64,000 nucleotides of DNA from an uncultured Gammaproteobacteria bacterium (GTDB taxonomy: Bacteria > Patescibacteriota > Patescibacteriia > SG8-24), in contig CAZBFO010000004.1 in the NCBI GenBank assembly GCA_964491475.1, positions 67,290 to 131,289 on the forward strand, read 5' to 3'. The position numbers were made by a program, and so were the translations under genes. Below the pieces are notes generated by a model. That model was not told where the DNA came from, did not search any database, and saw only the letters and a program-made list of their open reading frames with translations. Shown in pieces: positions 27,755 to 37,659 of the stretch. Numbering within the stretch: the stretch's first letter is position 1; every line of letters begins with the position of its first letter.

Positions 27755-30328
27755 ATGAAGAAGTCCGGCTCCCTGATTCGGGCGACACTGCTTACCGCTG
27801 CCATCGGTTTTCCCCTCGGCTGCGGCAGCCACGACGCCGATCCGCCTGCGGCCGTCTTCCCCGACGCCATTACGCTCGGCTCGTCCGACGCCAAGGTGGT
27901 CCTGACGCTCCGTCCCCACTTCGGCATGTCGGTCATCAAGAACGACGGCTCCGCAGTGCTGCGGACGCTGGCGGACGATCACGCGGTGCAGGGCGACAGC
28001 CTCGGCGCGTACGTGCCGGTCGGCGCCACGCATCGTGACGTCGAACTGACCTCCACGCTGCTCGAAGGGTTCGACCACGTGTCGGACACGGATCAGCCGT
28101 GGCTGCGCGCGACGAACGTCGTCTCGGCCACGTCGGATGCGGCCAGCGCGCACGTCGTACTGGCCGACCCGAAGGAATCGGGTACCAAGCTGGCTATCGA
28201 AGTCAGCGTGAACGGCACCGCCGTGGACGTCAGCGTGACTCCCGTCGCCAATCGCGGCGACGCCAGCAAGGCGCTGAACCTGTTCGGCCAGTCCTTCGCC
28301 ACCGACCCCGACGAGCAGTTCGTCGGTTTCGGCGAGCACGAGAACGCCGTGAACCATCACGGCGAGCGGTTGAAGAGCTGGGTGGAAGAAGGCGGACTCG
28401 GCGGCGGCGAAAAGGCGCCCCCGAGCGAGTTCAATCCCGCCCCCAACGGCCCGGGCATGACGCACGTGCCGATGCCGTTCTTCATCTCGTCGCACGGCTA
28501 CGGCCTGTGGATCCGCACCAGCTTTCGCACCGATTTTTCGCTCGGCAGCGACGATCCCGGCGCAATCCGCATCCAAGCGGAGGAGCCGCAGCTGCGCTAC
28601 CGCGTCTACGTGCGCGGTACGCCGCGCGAGGTGCTGGCCGACTTCACCGCCGACAACGGACGGGCACGGCTGCCCGCACCGTGGGTCTTCGGACCGCGGC
28701 GGCGCATGGACACGAACAAGGTCATCAAGCAGCCCGGCGGCGACGTTTTGGAAGCGCAGCTGATGCGCGACCGCAGCGTGCCGACCACCTGCGCCGACGA
28801 CACCGTCCACTTCCTGCCGAACAACGGTTCGGCAGGACGCGAGGCCGAGCTCAAGGCCTGGACCGACAAGCTGCACTCTCTCGGCTACAAGGCCATCGGC
28901 TACTTCAACGGTCATGTCTCCGCCGAAAATCCCGACGCAGCCGCGTTGCTGAACGACGGACGCTCCAAAGGCGTCTTCGTGAAGCTCGACGACGGCACGG
29001 AATCGCTGGTGCGGATCAACTCCGCCGGCTGGCAGCAAGTGGCCACCCTCGACCTGACCAACCCGGCCGCCGTGACCTGGTTCGAAGGCCGCATGGCCGG
29101 CGCATTGGCGCTCGGCTACGACGGCTGGATGCTGGACTTCGGCGAATACCTGCCGCAACGTGCCAGGCTGACCAACGGCATGAGCGGATGGGAGGCCCAC
29201 AACCTCTATCCGATCTTCCTGCAGACGGCCACCACCGACTACCTGCGGCGCGTACGGGGAGACGACTTCCTGATCTTCGCGCGCAGCGGCTACGTCGGCT
29301 CGCAGGCGCACACCACCGTGGTGTGGTCCGGCGATCCGTCCGCCAGCTTCGACAACGCCCGCGGCCTTCCGGCCATGGTGCGCTCCGGAATGAACGCCGG
29401 GCTGTCCGGCATCCCCTTCTGGGGCTCGGACATCAGCGGCTTCACCTGCATCAGCGGCGACCCCGCCGACAAGGAAGTGTACCTGCGTTGGGCCGAGTTC
29501 GGCGCGCTGTCCTCGGACATGCACGACGAGAACGCCTGCGCCGGAAAGCCCGCCAGTGCGCCCGACAAATGGACGCTCTGGAGCGACGACGAAACGGTCA
29601 CCGTTTACGGCCGTTACGCCTCGCTGCACACGCGCCTGTTCCCCTACCTGTACGCCGCTGCCGACGAGTCCGTTGCCACGGGCATGCCGGTCATCCGCCA
29701 TCCGCTGCTGATGACCCCGGAACAACCGGACGCCTGGAAGGCCGAGCATTCCTACTGGTTCGGACCGTCGCTCTACGTCGCACCGGTCGTCCATCGAGGC
29801 GACCGCAGTCGGACCTTCTGGCTTCCCCCGGCAACGTGGTTCGACTGGTGGACCTCCACGGCAACCACCGGCGGCACAAAAGTGACGCGTGACGCGCCGC
29901 TCGACGTGCTCCCGCTGTACTTCAAAGCCGGCAGCCTCATCGTGATGCTCCCGGAAGAAGTGCAGACGCTGGCGCCGTCTGACGATCCCAAGGTCGTCGA
30001 CATGTACGACCGCGACGGCTCGTACGTCGTCCGCTCCGGTCTCACCGCCGCGGAACCGAACGCCGAAGCGAAGATACATGACGGCTCCACCTTCACCGCA
30101 GCGGTGCGGCAGGGCCCTCTCACCCTGCCGGCAGACGTCCCCCTGGCCGCGACCGACGCCGAACTGCACGACTGCGCCCGCTGCGGCAGAATCGACATCC
30201 TGCCGGACGGCACCACGCGAGTCCGCGTGACCGCCGACGGCGCATCGCTGCAAGCAGGCGCGCTGACGCTGTCTGCCGACCGACCAGGCAAGGCACTGCG
30301 CGTCCGCTGGGACGTGCTGGTGCACTGA
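27755..30328 (+). CDS. glycoside hydrolase family 31 lipoprotein
   Basis: LGC lipobox, GFGEH, PFFISS.GYG, GWMLDFGEY nucleophile, WSGD acid/base, WGSDISGF, LFPYLY, GMPVIR. Confidence 0.92.
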   Translation: MKKSGSLIRATLLTAAIGFPLGCGSHDADPPAAVFPDAITLGSSDAKVVLTLRPHFGMSVIKNDGSAVLRTLADDHAVQGDSLGAYVPVGATHRDVELTSTLLEGFDHVSDTDQPWLRATNVVSATSDAASAHVVLADPKESGTKLAIEVSVNGTAVDVSVTPVANRGDASKALNLFGQSFATDPDEQFVGFGEHENAVNHHGERLKSWVEEGGLGGGEKAPPSEFNPAPNGPGMTHVPMPFFISSHGYGLWIRTSFRTDFSLGSDDPGAIRIQAEEPQLRYRVYVRGTPREVLADFTADNGRARLPAPWVFGPRRRMDTNKVIKQPGGDVLEAQLMRDRSVPTTCADDTVHFLPNNGSAGREAELKAWTDKLHSLGYKAIGYFNGHVSAENPDAAALLNDGRSKGVFVKLDDGTESLVRINSAGWQQVATLDLTNPAAVTWFEGRMAGALALGYDGWMLDFGEYLPQRARLTNGMSGWEAHNLYPIFLQTATTDYLRRVRGDDFLIFARSGYVGSQAHTTVVWSGDPSASFDNARGLPAMVRSGMNAGLSGIPFWGSDISGFTCISGDPADKEVYLRWAEFGALSSDMHDENACAGKPASAPDKWTLWSDDETVTVYGRYASLHTRLFPYLYAAADESVATGMPVIRHPLLMTPEQPDAWKAEHSYWFGPSLYVAPVVHRGDRSRTFWLPPATWFDWWTSTATTGGTKVTRDAPLDVLPLYFKAGSLIVMLPEEVQTLAPSDDPKVVDMYDRDGSYVVRSGLTAAEPNAEAKIHDGSTFTAAVRQGPLTLPADVPLAATDAELHDCARCGRIDILPDGTTRVRVTADGASLQAGALTLSADRPGKALRVRWDVLVH

Positions 30329-30455
30329 ACGCAACGGCTCCGCATTCGCGGGGCCGTTTTTTATAGGCCGTCGCAACGAAAAGCGCATGCCCACCTACAT
30401 CATCCGACCGAGACCTTGGCAGAAACGGCCGTTGAGTACGGTATACTGCATCCGT

Positions 30456-31724
30456 ATGACCGCCCTCCGACGCGTAATCATCGCCGCCATTGTCTTTTTT
30501 GCTCCGATTTGCGCTTTTGCCGCTGCTCCGGGCGATCTGGTCAAGATTCCGTGTCCTGGCGGCGAAGCCGCCGACCACCCTTGCCGCGCGGTCTACTACT
30601 ACGGCGGCGACGGTCGCCGACACGCCTTCCCCAACGAACGCAACTACTTCAGCTGGTACCCGAACTTCAGCGCAGTAAAAATCGTCAGTGAGAGCGGCAT
30701 GGCCGCAATCCCCCTGGGCGAGAACGTCACCTACCGTCCCGGCAGCACCTTGGTGAAATTTCCGTCCGAAGGGAAGGTGTATGCAGTCGCCTCCGACCGC
30801 GCCCTTCGCTGGGTCACAAGCGAGTCCATCGCGGTCGACATTGCCGGACTGAACTGGACCAAGAAGGTCGACGACATCTCCGAAACTTTTTTCGGCGACT
30901 ACTCCTTTGGAGCCAACATCACCGCCGCCTCCGGCTATAACGCCTCTTCCGAGCTCGCCGGCGCGCCCAACATCGACGCCGCGCTCCCCGATTCGTACCG
31001 TACGCTCAAGGTCGACACCGACCGCGGAACGTTCGACGTACAGGTGATTTCGTTGCGCAAAGACCGTTTCTCGATGATTACCGCTGTTGCCGCGCCCACG
31101 CCTGACTGCATCGACAATTGCGCCACCGAACCCCTGGCCGACTACGCCGCTGCCGCCGGCGCGCTGATCGGCGTCCACGGCACGTACTTCTGCCCGCCCG
31201 ACTACGCCGACTGCCAAGGCAAAACCAATACCTTCAACCCACCGGTATTCCGCACCTCCGACCGCGTCATGTTCCAACCGTTCGGCCTGCAAGTGCACAA
31301 GGGCCCGATGATCGCCTACATGTCCGACGGAAAATACGTCTTCCTGCGCTTGGCCACGGACAGCGGCGGCTCCGTTTCCGCCCTTGAGTCGCACCAATCG
31401 GCGCTGCTCGTCGCTGCCATTTCGAATTACCCCGCATTGATGCAGGGCGGCCAAGTCGTGGTCGATAACGACCCCTTGCTGGAAGACATCCAGCGCACCA
31501 AAAAATCAACACGCGCCGGCATCGGCTTGGATGAAAAACGCCTGCTCATCGTCGTGGCCAAGAACGCCACGGTCCCCGACCTCGCCTCGGTATTTGCCGC
31601 CCTCGGTGCCAAAGACGCGCTGAACTTGGACGGCGGCGGCTCCACCGCGCTCATGTATGGCGGGGCGTATAAGGCCGGCCCGGGCCGCACCCTGCCTAAT
31701 GCCGTGCTTTTTAAGGCGCGCTGA
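30456..31724 (+). CDS. secreted phosphodiester glycosidase (NAGPA-like) with N-terminal CPR-type repeat domain
   Basis: GDLVK...AVYYY..DGRRHAFPNE..YFSWY repeat; RAGIG, LNLDGGGST; start just after TATACT -10 (nearly leaderless). Confidence 0.85.
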   Translation: MTALRRVIIAAIVFFAPICAFAAAPGDLVKIPCPGGEAADHPCRAVYYYGGDGRRHAFPNERNYFSWYPNFSAVKIVSESGMAAIPLGENVTYRPGSTLVKFPSEGKVYAVASDRALRWVTSESIAVDIAGLNWTKKVDDISETFFGDYSFGANITAASGYNASSELAGAPNIDAALPDSYRTLKVDTDRGTFDVQVISLRKDRFSMITAVAAPTPDCIDNCATEPLADYAAAAGALIGVHGTYFCPPDYADCQGKTNTFNPPVFRTSDRVMFQPFGLQVHKGPMIAYMSDGKYVFLRLATDSGGSVSALESHQSALLVAAISNYPALMQGGQVVVDNDPLLEDIQRTKKSTRAGIGLDEKRLLIVVAKNATVPDLASVFAALGAKDALNLDGGGSTALMYGGAYKAGPGRTLPNAVLFKAR

Positions 31725-31795
31725 CCCCTTTGACGCCGCTGCCGTTTTGAGCTAGCCTGAACAAAGCCCATTTAAAGGGCACAAAGGAGTTCCCG

Positions 31796-32269
31796 TTGAA
31801 CAAATCACCCGCTGAACGACAAGCCGCCGTAACCGGCGGCCTAGCGCAGGGCCGAAAGCTCGGTGTCCTGCTGCGCGCCGGCAAGAGCGCCAAACGCATC
31901 CGCATGCTCGGTGAGCTGCAGGAAAATGCCTCGTTCCACGAGAGCGAGAACCTCATCCGGAGCCTGGCCACCTGCGCCGACGCTTCGCTCGGCGACGACG
32001 CCGATCAAAGCGGCGCTATCCGTGCCGCCGCCACCGGTTTCCGCGACGTCCTCGTGGCGTTCCCGCCCAAGGACAAGCGCGACTGGAGGGAGATCAACGA
32101 TGCGCTCAAGGTGCCGGCGTCGGCCAAGAAGGCCGACGAGGACGAGGAGCCTGTCACGCTCCGTGCACCGGCCCATCACGTGCTCCCCACGCCGTCTTCC
32201 GAGGACCACGACTACGGCGACGACGAAAACGTCCGCTACCGCTACCTCGACGAAAAAGACGGCAGCTAG
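31796..32269 (+). CDS. hypothetical protein with acidic tail
   Basis: AAGGAG SD before TTG; terminator downstream. Confidence 0.6.
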   Translation: MNKSPAERQAAVTGGLAQGRKLGVLLRAGKSAKRIRMLGELQENASFHESENLIRSLATCADASLGDDADQSGAIRAAATGFRDVLVAFPPKDKRDWREINDALKVPASAKKADEDEEPVTLRAPAHHVLPTPSSEDHDYGDDENVRYRYLDEKDGS

Positions 32270-32340
32270 CCGCAGTAAACCGCTCCGCTTGGGGCGGTTT
32301 TTTCTATGAAAAAGCCCCCGAAACATCGGGGGCAAAGGGA

Positions 32341-32580
32341 TCAGTCCCAAGCGCTGGAATACTTTCGTTTCCGGTCGACCTCGTCACGCACGCGCTTGGA
32401 AAGATCGCCGCTCTTGATCTCGATGCGCTCGCCGCAAAGGGCGCAGAGACAGTAGAAGCCGGTGCCGTAGTCGACGGGCTTCACGTCTTTCTCCTCCACG
32501 AGGAGCACGCCTTTGCAGGTGCCGCACTCGTGTTCCTTCGACCACGGGTTCTTCCAGTTGCCTTCCTTGATGATCTTCAT
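32341..32580 (-). CDS. small zinc-ribbon-like protein (paralogue 2)
   Basis: AAGGAGGA SD; WSKEHECGTC...CALCG. Confidence 0.75.
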   Translation of the reverse strand: MKIIKEGNWKNPWSKEHECGTCKGVLLVEEKDVKPVDYGTGFYCLCALCGERIEIKSGDLSKRVRDEVDRKRKYSSAWD

Positions 32581-32596
32581 GACTTCCTCCTTCGCA

Positions 32597-32866
32597 TCAC
32601 TTGCGGCTCTTGGTTCTATCCTTCACGCATTCGAGCGGCCCGCTGCCGATCTGCCATTCGGGATACAGCTTCTGACCGCAGGCCGGACAGATGACGTGGA
32701 AGGTCCAATCGCCTTCGCAGTCCCGATGGCCCTTGATGTCATCGAGCGTGATTTCGATGAGGGCGAAACAGCCGTCTACGCGATGCGGACCGGCAAAACC
32801 GCTGACCGGATGCGCGCAGCGGATGACCGCCGACCATTCCTTCTTGCCTTCGACGATTTTTGCCAT
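32597..32866 (-). CDS. small zinc-ribbon-like protein (paralogue 3)
   Basis: GAGGAG SD; WSAVIRC...GCFAL...CPACG. Confidence 0.7.
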   Translation of the reverse strand: MAKIVEGKKEWSAVIRCAHPVSGFAGPHRVDGCFALIEITLDDIKGHRDCEGDWTFHVICPACGQKLYPEWQIGSGPLECVKDRTKSRK

Positions 32867-32935
32867 GACTGACTCCTCGGTTGTAATGGTCTTGGCGCGG
32901 GACGTTCCCGCGACAAAGCCATCATTCCAGATTGA

Positions 32936-33037
32936 TACGAACTTTGCCGTACTTTTTTACATTTTCACTTGCTAAAAAGTGACTTTTTGCTATACTAAGC
33001 CAAGTAAAGGATTTCCATTACTACGTCATATATCGTA
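32936..33037. promoter_or_regulatory. two TACG-N8-CGTA palindromes flanking the second TrmB promoter
   Basis: TACG-AACTTTGC-CGTA (32936-32951) and TACG-TCATATAT-CGTA (33022-33037); TTGCTA...TGCTATACT promoter between them. Confidence 0.5.
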
Positions 33038-33040
33038 ATT

Positions 33041-33823
33041 ATGAACATTCCTCATCTGACCGCCGCGCGGAAAAAAGAGATTGCCGAAGTGCTCACCCGG
33101 TTCGGGCTCGATGCCAAGGAACAGGCCATGTACCTGGCATTGCTGCCCATGGGCACCACGACGCTGCGGCCGCTGGCGCAGGCCTCGGGATTCCAGCTGA
33201 CCACCGCGCAATCCGTTGCCGCGCGTCTTGCCGATGCGGGCCTTGTCAACGTGACCAAGCGCGGCGGGCGGCAGTCGTACGAGGCGCACGATCCCGAAAC
33301 GCTGTCGCGCATCCTTGAACGCCAGGCCGAAGAAGTCGCAGGCATCATCCCGGTTCTGCGCAAGATGAAAAACGCCGAATCGGCGCCGGCGGCCCTGCGC
33401 GTCTATTGGCGCGAACGCCGGACGGACATCTTTCACGAAGCGCTGGCCGCCAAGGAAAAACTGGTGTTCGAAATCGTCGCCGCGCGGGACATCCAGGAAG
33501 TGCTCGGAGAAAAGTTCCACTTCACCCGCCGCCGAATGCAGGCCGGCGTGAAACTGCGAAGCCTGCGCGTCGAGTCGCAGGAAATCAAAAAATATTCCCG
33601 AGCCAGGCATGCGACCGAGCTGCGGGAAGCCAAGTTCTTGCCGCGCGAGCTGACCTTTCGCTGCAGCATCATGTGCTGGGACGACACCGTCGCATTTTTC
33701 GCCACGGAGAGGGAAAAGCTTGCCTGGACGGTGCGTTCGGCATCGATGGCCGAAACGGTCAGGCAGCTGTTCGCCCTGCTTTGGGAAGTCAGCCGAAAGA
33801 TGGAAAATGACGTTGCGACCTAA
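33041..33823 (+). CDS. TrmB-family transcriptional regulator
   Basis: FGL..KE..MYLALL..G wHTH, A.DP..L, REAKFLP, WDDTVAFF effector domain. Confidence 0.85.
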   Translation: MNIPHLTAARKKEIAEVLTRFGLDAKEQAMYLALLPMGTTTLRPLAQASGFQLTTAQSVAARLADAGLVNVTKRGGRQSYEAHDPETLSRILERQAEEVAGIIPVLRKMKNAESAPAALRVYWRERRTDIFHEALAAKEKLVFEIVAARDIQEVLGEKFHFTRRRMQAGVKLRSLRVESQEIKKYSRARHATELREAKFLPRELTFRCSIMCWDDTVAFFATEREKLAWTVRSASMAETVRQLFALLWEVSRKMENDVAT

Positions 33824-33867
33824 AGGCCTTTGGCACGAAATGCGGTTGCCTTTATACTGTGAGGGAT

Positions 33868-34410
33868 ATGTACCTCAACGTCGGCGACAAGGCGCCGCGC
33901 TTCTCCGTGACGGATGTCCGGGGCAGGGCCGTAAACCTCAAGGATTTCGCAGGCAAGCACCTGCTGCTTTGCTTTTACCGGTACGCAGGCTGCCCCTTTT
34001 GCAACTTGAGCCTCAAGGAGCTGGTGGCCTTCGTAAACAAGCGACGAAAGAATGACCTGGCCGTCGTCGCGTTTTTCCAGTCACCGCGGGAAAGCGTCCT
34101 GGCGCAGCCCGGCAAGCTCTCCCCGCCCTTCCCGCTGGTTGCCGACCCCACTCGATCGGTTTACGACAGATACGGCATCGGGACATCGTACATGGGGGCC
34201 ATCCGCAGCATCAGCAAGACTCTTCGTTGGGTCCGAGCAAACAACGAAGGGTTCCCGCAGGGGCCGATTGACGGCAGCTTTTACCTGATGCCGGCGCAGT
34301 TCCTCGTTTCGCCATCGCAAAACATAGAGCTGGCGCACTATTGGAACACGTTCGGGGACGAAACGCCCTTCGCGGAGATCGAGGCGATCCTGAAGAAACG
34401 ACGTCCATAG
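33868..34410 (+). CDS. AhpC/TSA-like redoxin
   Basis: GDKAP.F, FYRYAGCPFC, ADP...Y..YG, PAQFLV. Confidence 0.85.
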   Translation: MYLNVGDKAPRFSVTDVRGRAVNLKDFAGKHLLLCFYRYAGCPFCNLSLKELVAFVNKRRKNDLAVVAFFQSPRESVLAQPGKLSPPFPLVADPTRSVYDRYGIGTSYMGAIRSISKTLRWVRANNEGFPQGPIDGSFYLMPAQFLVSPSQNIELAHYWNTFGDETPFAEIEAILKKRRP

Positions 34411-34475
34411 CGGATCGAGCGGAAAATTGACCTCGGCTGGCCCAGCGGCTACCGTGACAACCAAGGAGTAAGGGC

Positions 34476-34892
34476 ATGAAAATCCTTCGTTGGCTCGTTT
34501 TGCTCCCCGTCGTCGGCTTGCTCCTCTGCGTCCTTTTGGCGCGGTATGACGCGGGCGCGGCGACGGCTGAACCGACGGCAGACCTGCCGCGTCTCGATGA
34601 CGCCTGCCATCCCGGCAAGCCGACGCTGGTCGTCTTTACTGCCGACTGGTGCGGCTACTGCAAAGTCCTCAAGGAAAAGACCTTGGCGGACCCTGCGGTC
34701 AAAGCGCGTCTCAAGAACTACGTCATCGTGTTCGTCAACGTGGAGAAGAACCGCGGCCTTGCCCGCATCGCCGGCGTATCGGCGCTCCCCACCACCTTCG
34801 CGCTGTCGAAGAGCTGCGAAACCAAGGGTAAGCTCGAGGGCGCTTACCCGCCCGAGGACTTCCTTAAGTGGCTCGACGAAGCCGAAAAATGA
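34476..34892 (+). CDS. membrane-anchored thioredoxin-like protein
   Basis: N-terminal TM, FTADWCGYCK, cis-Pro LPT. Confidence 0.88.
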   Translation: MKILRWLVLLPVVGLLLCVLLARYDAGAATAEPTADLPRLDDACHPGKPTLVVFTADWCGYCKVLKEKTLADPAVKARLKNYVIVFVNVEKNRGLARIAGVSALPTTFALSKSCETKGKLEGAYPPEDFLKWLDEAEK

Positions 34893-34943
34893 AGCGCCTG
34901 CCGGTCAGGCATGACCGGCTTTTTTATTGAAAAAGCCGCGCTG

Positions 34944-35330
34944 TCAACGGCCCGTGACTTCGCGCACCTTCTCCAGCACTTCGGAGAAAATGACGTCGGA
35001 TTTGAGGAAGTAGGCGTGCACGCCGCGCCCCTTGATTTCTTCCGCGAAGGCGTCCTGATTCAGGTTCGTGACGATGATGACCGGCAGATCGCGGAGCACG
35101 GGATCGTCGTGGCTGCGCAGCTTGGCCAGAAGCTCCAAGCCGGTGATTTTGGGCAGGACCAGGTCCAGGAGCAGCACGTCGGGACGGTCCTCGTGGAGCT
35201 TCTTCCAGCCATCCTCGCCGTCGCCGGCGAGCCGGACTTCAAAGCCTTCCTCGGCGAACTTGGCCGCGTAAATTTCGGAGAACAGGCGGTCGTCCTCTAC
35301 GACCAGGATTTTTTTCTTTGATGCGCTCAT
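34944..35330 (-). CDS. single-domain response regulator (receiver)
   Basis: ILVVEDD, DVLLLDLVLP, TN, K; ATG overlaps kinase stop (ATGA). Confidence 0.9.
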   Translation of the reverse strand: MSASKKKILVVEDDRLFSEIYAAKFAEEGFEVRLAGDGEDGWKKLHEDRPDVLLLDLVLPKITGLELLAKLRSHDDPVLRDLPVIIVTNLNQDAFAEEIKGRGVHAYFLKSDVIFSEVLEKVREVTGR

Positions 35331-37573
35331 ACGTTTTTGCGGGGTGCGGCGGCAGCGACCGGCACGGTGAAGAAGAAGGTGGTGCCCTTTTGCTCCTCGG
35401 AAGTGAACCAGATCTTGCCGCCAGACAGCTCGATGACCGATTTCACGAAGTACAGCCCCAAGCCGGTCCCTTGCACGGCGCTCTTCAGCGCGTTGCCGGC
35501 GCGGAAGAACTTCTTGAACAGCTGGTTCTGGTCGGCCTTGGGAATGCCGATGCCGTCGTCTTTGACCGACGTGAGCAGCGAGTCGCCGCGCAACTCGATC
35601 GCGACGGTCACCATGCCCCCTTCCCTTGAATACTTGATGGCGTTGGAAACGACGTTGGCGACCGCCTCGCGAACGAGCATGGGATCGACGCTCGCCTTCG
35701 GCAGCGACTTCTTGTCGAAAACGAGGGTCTGCTTCTTGGCGGCGAAGAGCGGCGCCGCCTCGGTGAGCACCGCGTCCATGAGCGCCACGAAGTCTGTGGG
35801 TTCGGGGCTGGGCTTGGAGACGCCGGCATCGAGACGCGAGACGTTGAGCAGCTCGTTCACCAGCACCACCATGCGCTCGTTGGCCGTAAACAGCTTGTCG
35901 GCCAATTCCTGCTGCTTGGGCTGCAGGGCGCCGACGTCGCCTTTGCGGAGCATGTCGGTAAGCCACTTGGTGGCGGCAAGCGGCGTCCGCAGCTGGTGCG
36001 AGGCGATGGAGATGAACTCCGTCTTGCGCTTGTCGAACTCGGCCTCGTCGGTGATGTCGCGAATGACCTCGATGGCGCCGATGATGTCCTTGCCGAAGGC
36101 GACCGGCGACACCGTCACGTTCACGGGGTACGAAGTGCCGTCCTTGCAGATCAGCGAATACGGCTTGGGAAACGGCGCCAGCACCGATTTTTCGCCGGTC
36201 TTGAGGGCGATGCGAGCCGGACGCAATTCCGGGTCCATCTGCTTGCCGTCGGCATCGACGAACTTGATCACGTCCTGCTCCTTCTGGCCGACCAGCTCCG
36301 GCGCGATCCAGCCCATGGCCTGCTCGGCCTCTTGGTTGATGAAGATGATGCGCCCCTCCTTGTCGGTGGCAATCACCCCTTCGCCGATGCTGGCGATCAG
36401 CGCCTCGGTGCGGGCTTTTTCCAGCTCGGCCATGCCCTTGTTGAACTCGAGGTCGGCGGTGCGCGTCAGCACTTTCTGGTCGGTATTCGACATGGTGTCG
36501 ATCAGCTTCCGGTGCATGCGCTCAAAAATCGCCGCAAGCTCGTCGAGTTCGCCCATGCCGCCCGGAATGTCATCGGCCGAACCGCCGTCGCCGACGGCCA
36601 CGCCGCGCATCGCCTCGACCAGCTTGCGGATGCGCCGGAGGATGAGCAGGTCGCCGAGCGTCAACGTGGCCCACAATGCCAAGAGGCCGAGGGGGAAGGC
36701 GATTGCGGCCGCACGGTAGGCGGCGCTGCGCACGGAAGCCAGGGCAAGACTGCGCGGCACGCCGACGTACACGTAACCCGAGGGCGAGGCCACTCGGGCC
36801 AGCGGAGCGAAGGCGTAGAGCCGTTCGGTGCCGTCATCGCCCGTCCGCGTCGCCGTTCCGGTCTTTCGCGACAGGATGTCAGTCGCCAAATCAGACTCCT
36901 TCAGCTCCTTGCCCGTCCACTTGTCCTTATCGGGGCCGCGGAGAACGGCGACGGTGCGCGCGTCGATGATGCCGAAAACGGATCCCGCCGGCAGTGACGC
37001 CAGCATTTCGGCAGTATCCAAGTCGTGAACGTTCACGATGACGAAAACAGCGCCGGCGACGTCGGGGCCGCTCATTACGGGCTGCGCGAAACCGACCGTG
37101 GGCTTGCCCAACACGTTTTCATAAGTGTAGTCGCCCATCGAAAACGCGCGCGAAGCCAAGGCGCGGCGGAAGAAGGCTCGCTCTGCCAGCACCACCGTTC
37201 CCTGCGAAGCGCCGCAAGTGACGATGCCGGTCGGCGTGGCGAAACCGACCGCAAGGACCTTGCCTTCGCGCTTCAGGACGTCGTTTGCTGCCGCCGTGCA
37301 GTTCTTGCCGTCGGAGGCAGCGGCCGAAACCTCGTCAAGCGCCCGTTTGGCGTCGTCGATGAAACCCCGAGAAGCCAAATCGACGACAGGCGCGAGCCGT
37401 TGCGCCGCCGATTCCGCGTCAGCAATGACGGCCCGACGAACGTCGAGGGCCGCGCCGACGGCGATGCCGGCGATGGAAAACGCCGAAAACACGGCCAAGA
37501 GCGCGATGCGGCTGCCCAAACCGTGAATGTGCACGTGCCTGCGCGCCGTGACCTTGGCGGATTCAATGCGCAT
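35327..37573 (-). CDS. sensor histidine kinase (Cache-HAMP-PAS-HisKA-HATPase)
   Basis: Two TMs, PAS (IGEGVIATD..G.I.FIN), H-box ASHQLRTPL, NAIKYS, DDGIGI, GTGLGL. Confidence 0.93.
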   Translation of the reverse strand: MRIESAKVTARRHVHIHGLGSRIALLAVFSAFSIAGIAVGAALDVRRAVIADAESAAQRLAPVVDLASRGFIDDAKRALDEVSAAASDGKNCTAAANDVLKREGKVLAVGFATPTGIVTCGASQGTVVLAERAFFRRALASRAFSMGDYTYENVLGKPTVGFAQPVMSGPDVAGAVFVIVNVHDLDTAEMLASLPAGSVFGIIDARTVAVLRGPDKDKWTGKELKESDLATDILSRKTGTATRTGDDGTERLYAFAPLARVASPSGYVYVGVPRSLALASVRSAAYRAAAIAFPLGLLALWATLTLGDLLILRRIRKLVEAMRGVAVGDGGSADDIPGGMGELDELAAIFERMHRKLIDTMSNTDQKVLTRTADLEFNKGMAELEKARTEALIASIGEGVIATDKEGRIIFINQEAEQAMGWIAPELVGQKEQDVIKFVDADGKQMDPELRPARIALKTGEKSVLAPFPKPYSLICKDGTSYPVNVTVSPVAFGKDIIGAIEVIRDITDEAEFDKRKTEFISIASHQLRTPLAATKWLTDMLRKGDVGALQPKQQELADKLFTANERMVVLVNELLNVSRLDAGVSKPSPEPTDFVALMDAVLTEAAPLFAAKKQTLVFDKKSLPKASVDPMLVREAVANVVSNAIKYSREGGMVTVAIELRGDSLLTSVKDDGIGIPKADQNQLFKKFFRAGNALKSAVQGTGLGLYFVKSVIELSGGKIWFTSEEQKGTTFFFTVPVAAAAPRKNV

Positions 37574-37659
37574 AATCTCCCTTATTATAGCAAAAAATGC
37601 GCCTCTTTAAAAGGGGGTGATGGCAACAAAAAATCCCCGACAAGTCGTCGGGGAAATCG

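Noticed and set aside
29120-29160. Calling the GH31 a sulfoquinovosidase (yihQ)
   Set aside because: The nucleophile motif is similar, but the sulfonate-binding signature region is not recognisable and there are no sulfoglycolysis genes nearby.
27635-30394. Very long antisense or alternate-frame ORFs (e.g. 27635-30394, 2046-3923, 11556-13661, 15977-17500, 28099-29892)
   Set aside because: Shadow ORFs expected from high-GC codon bias. They overlap genes with clear family motifs and show no motifs themselves.
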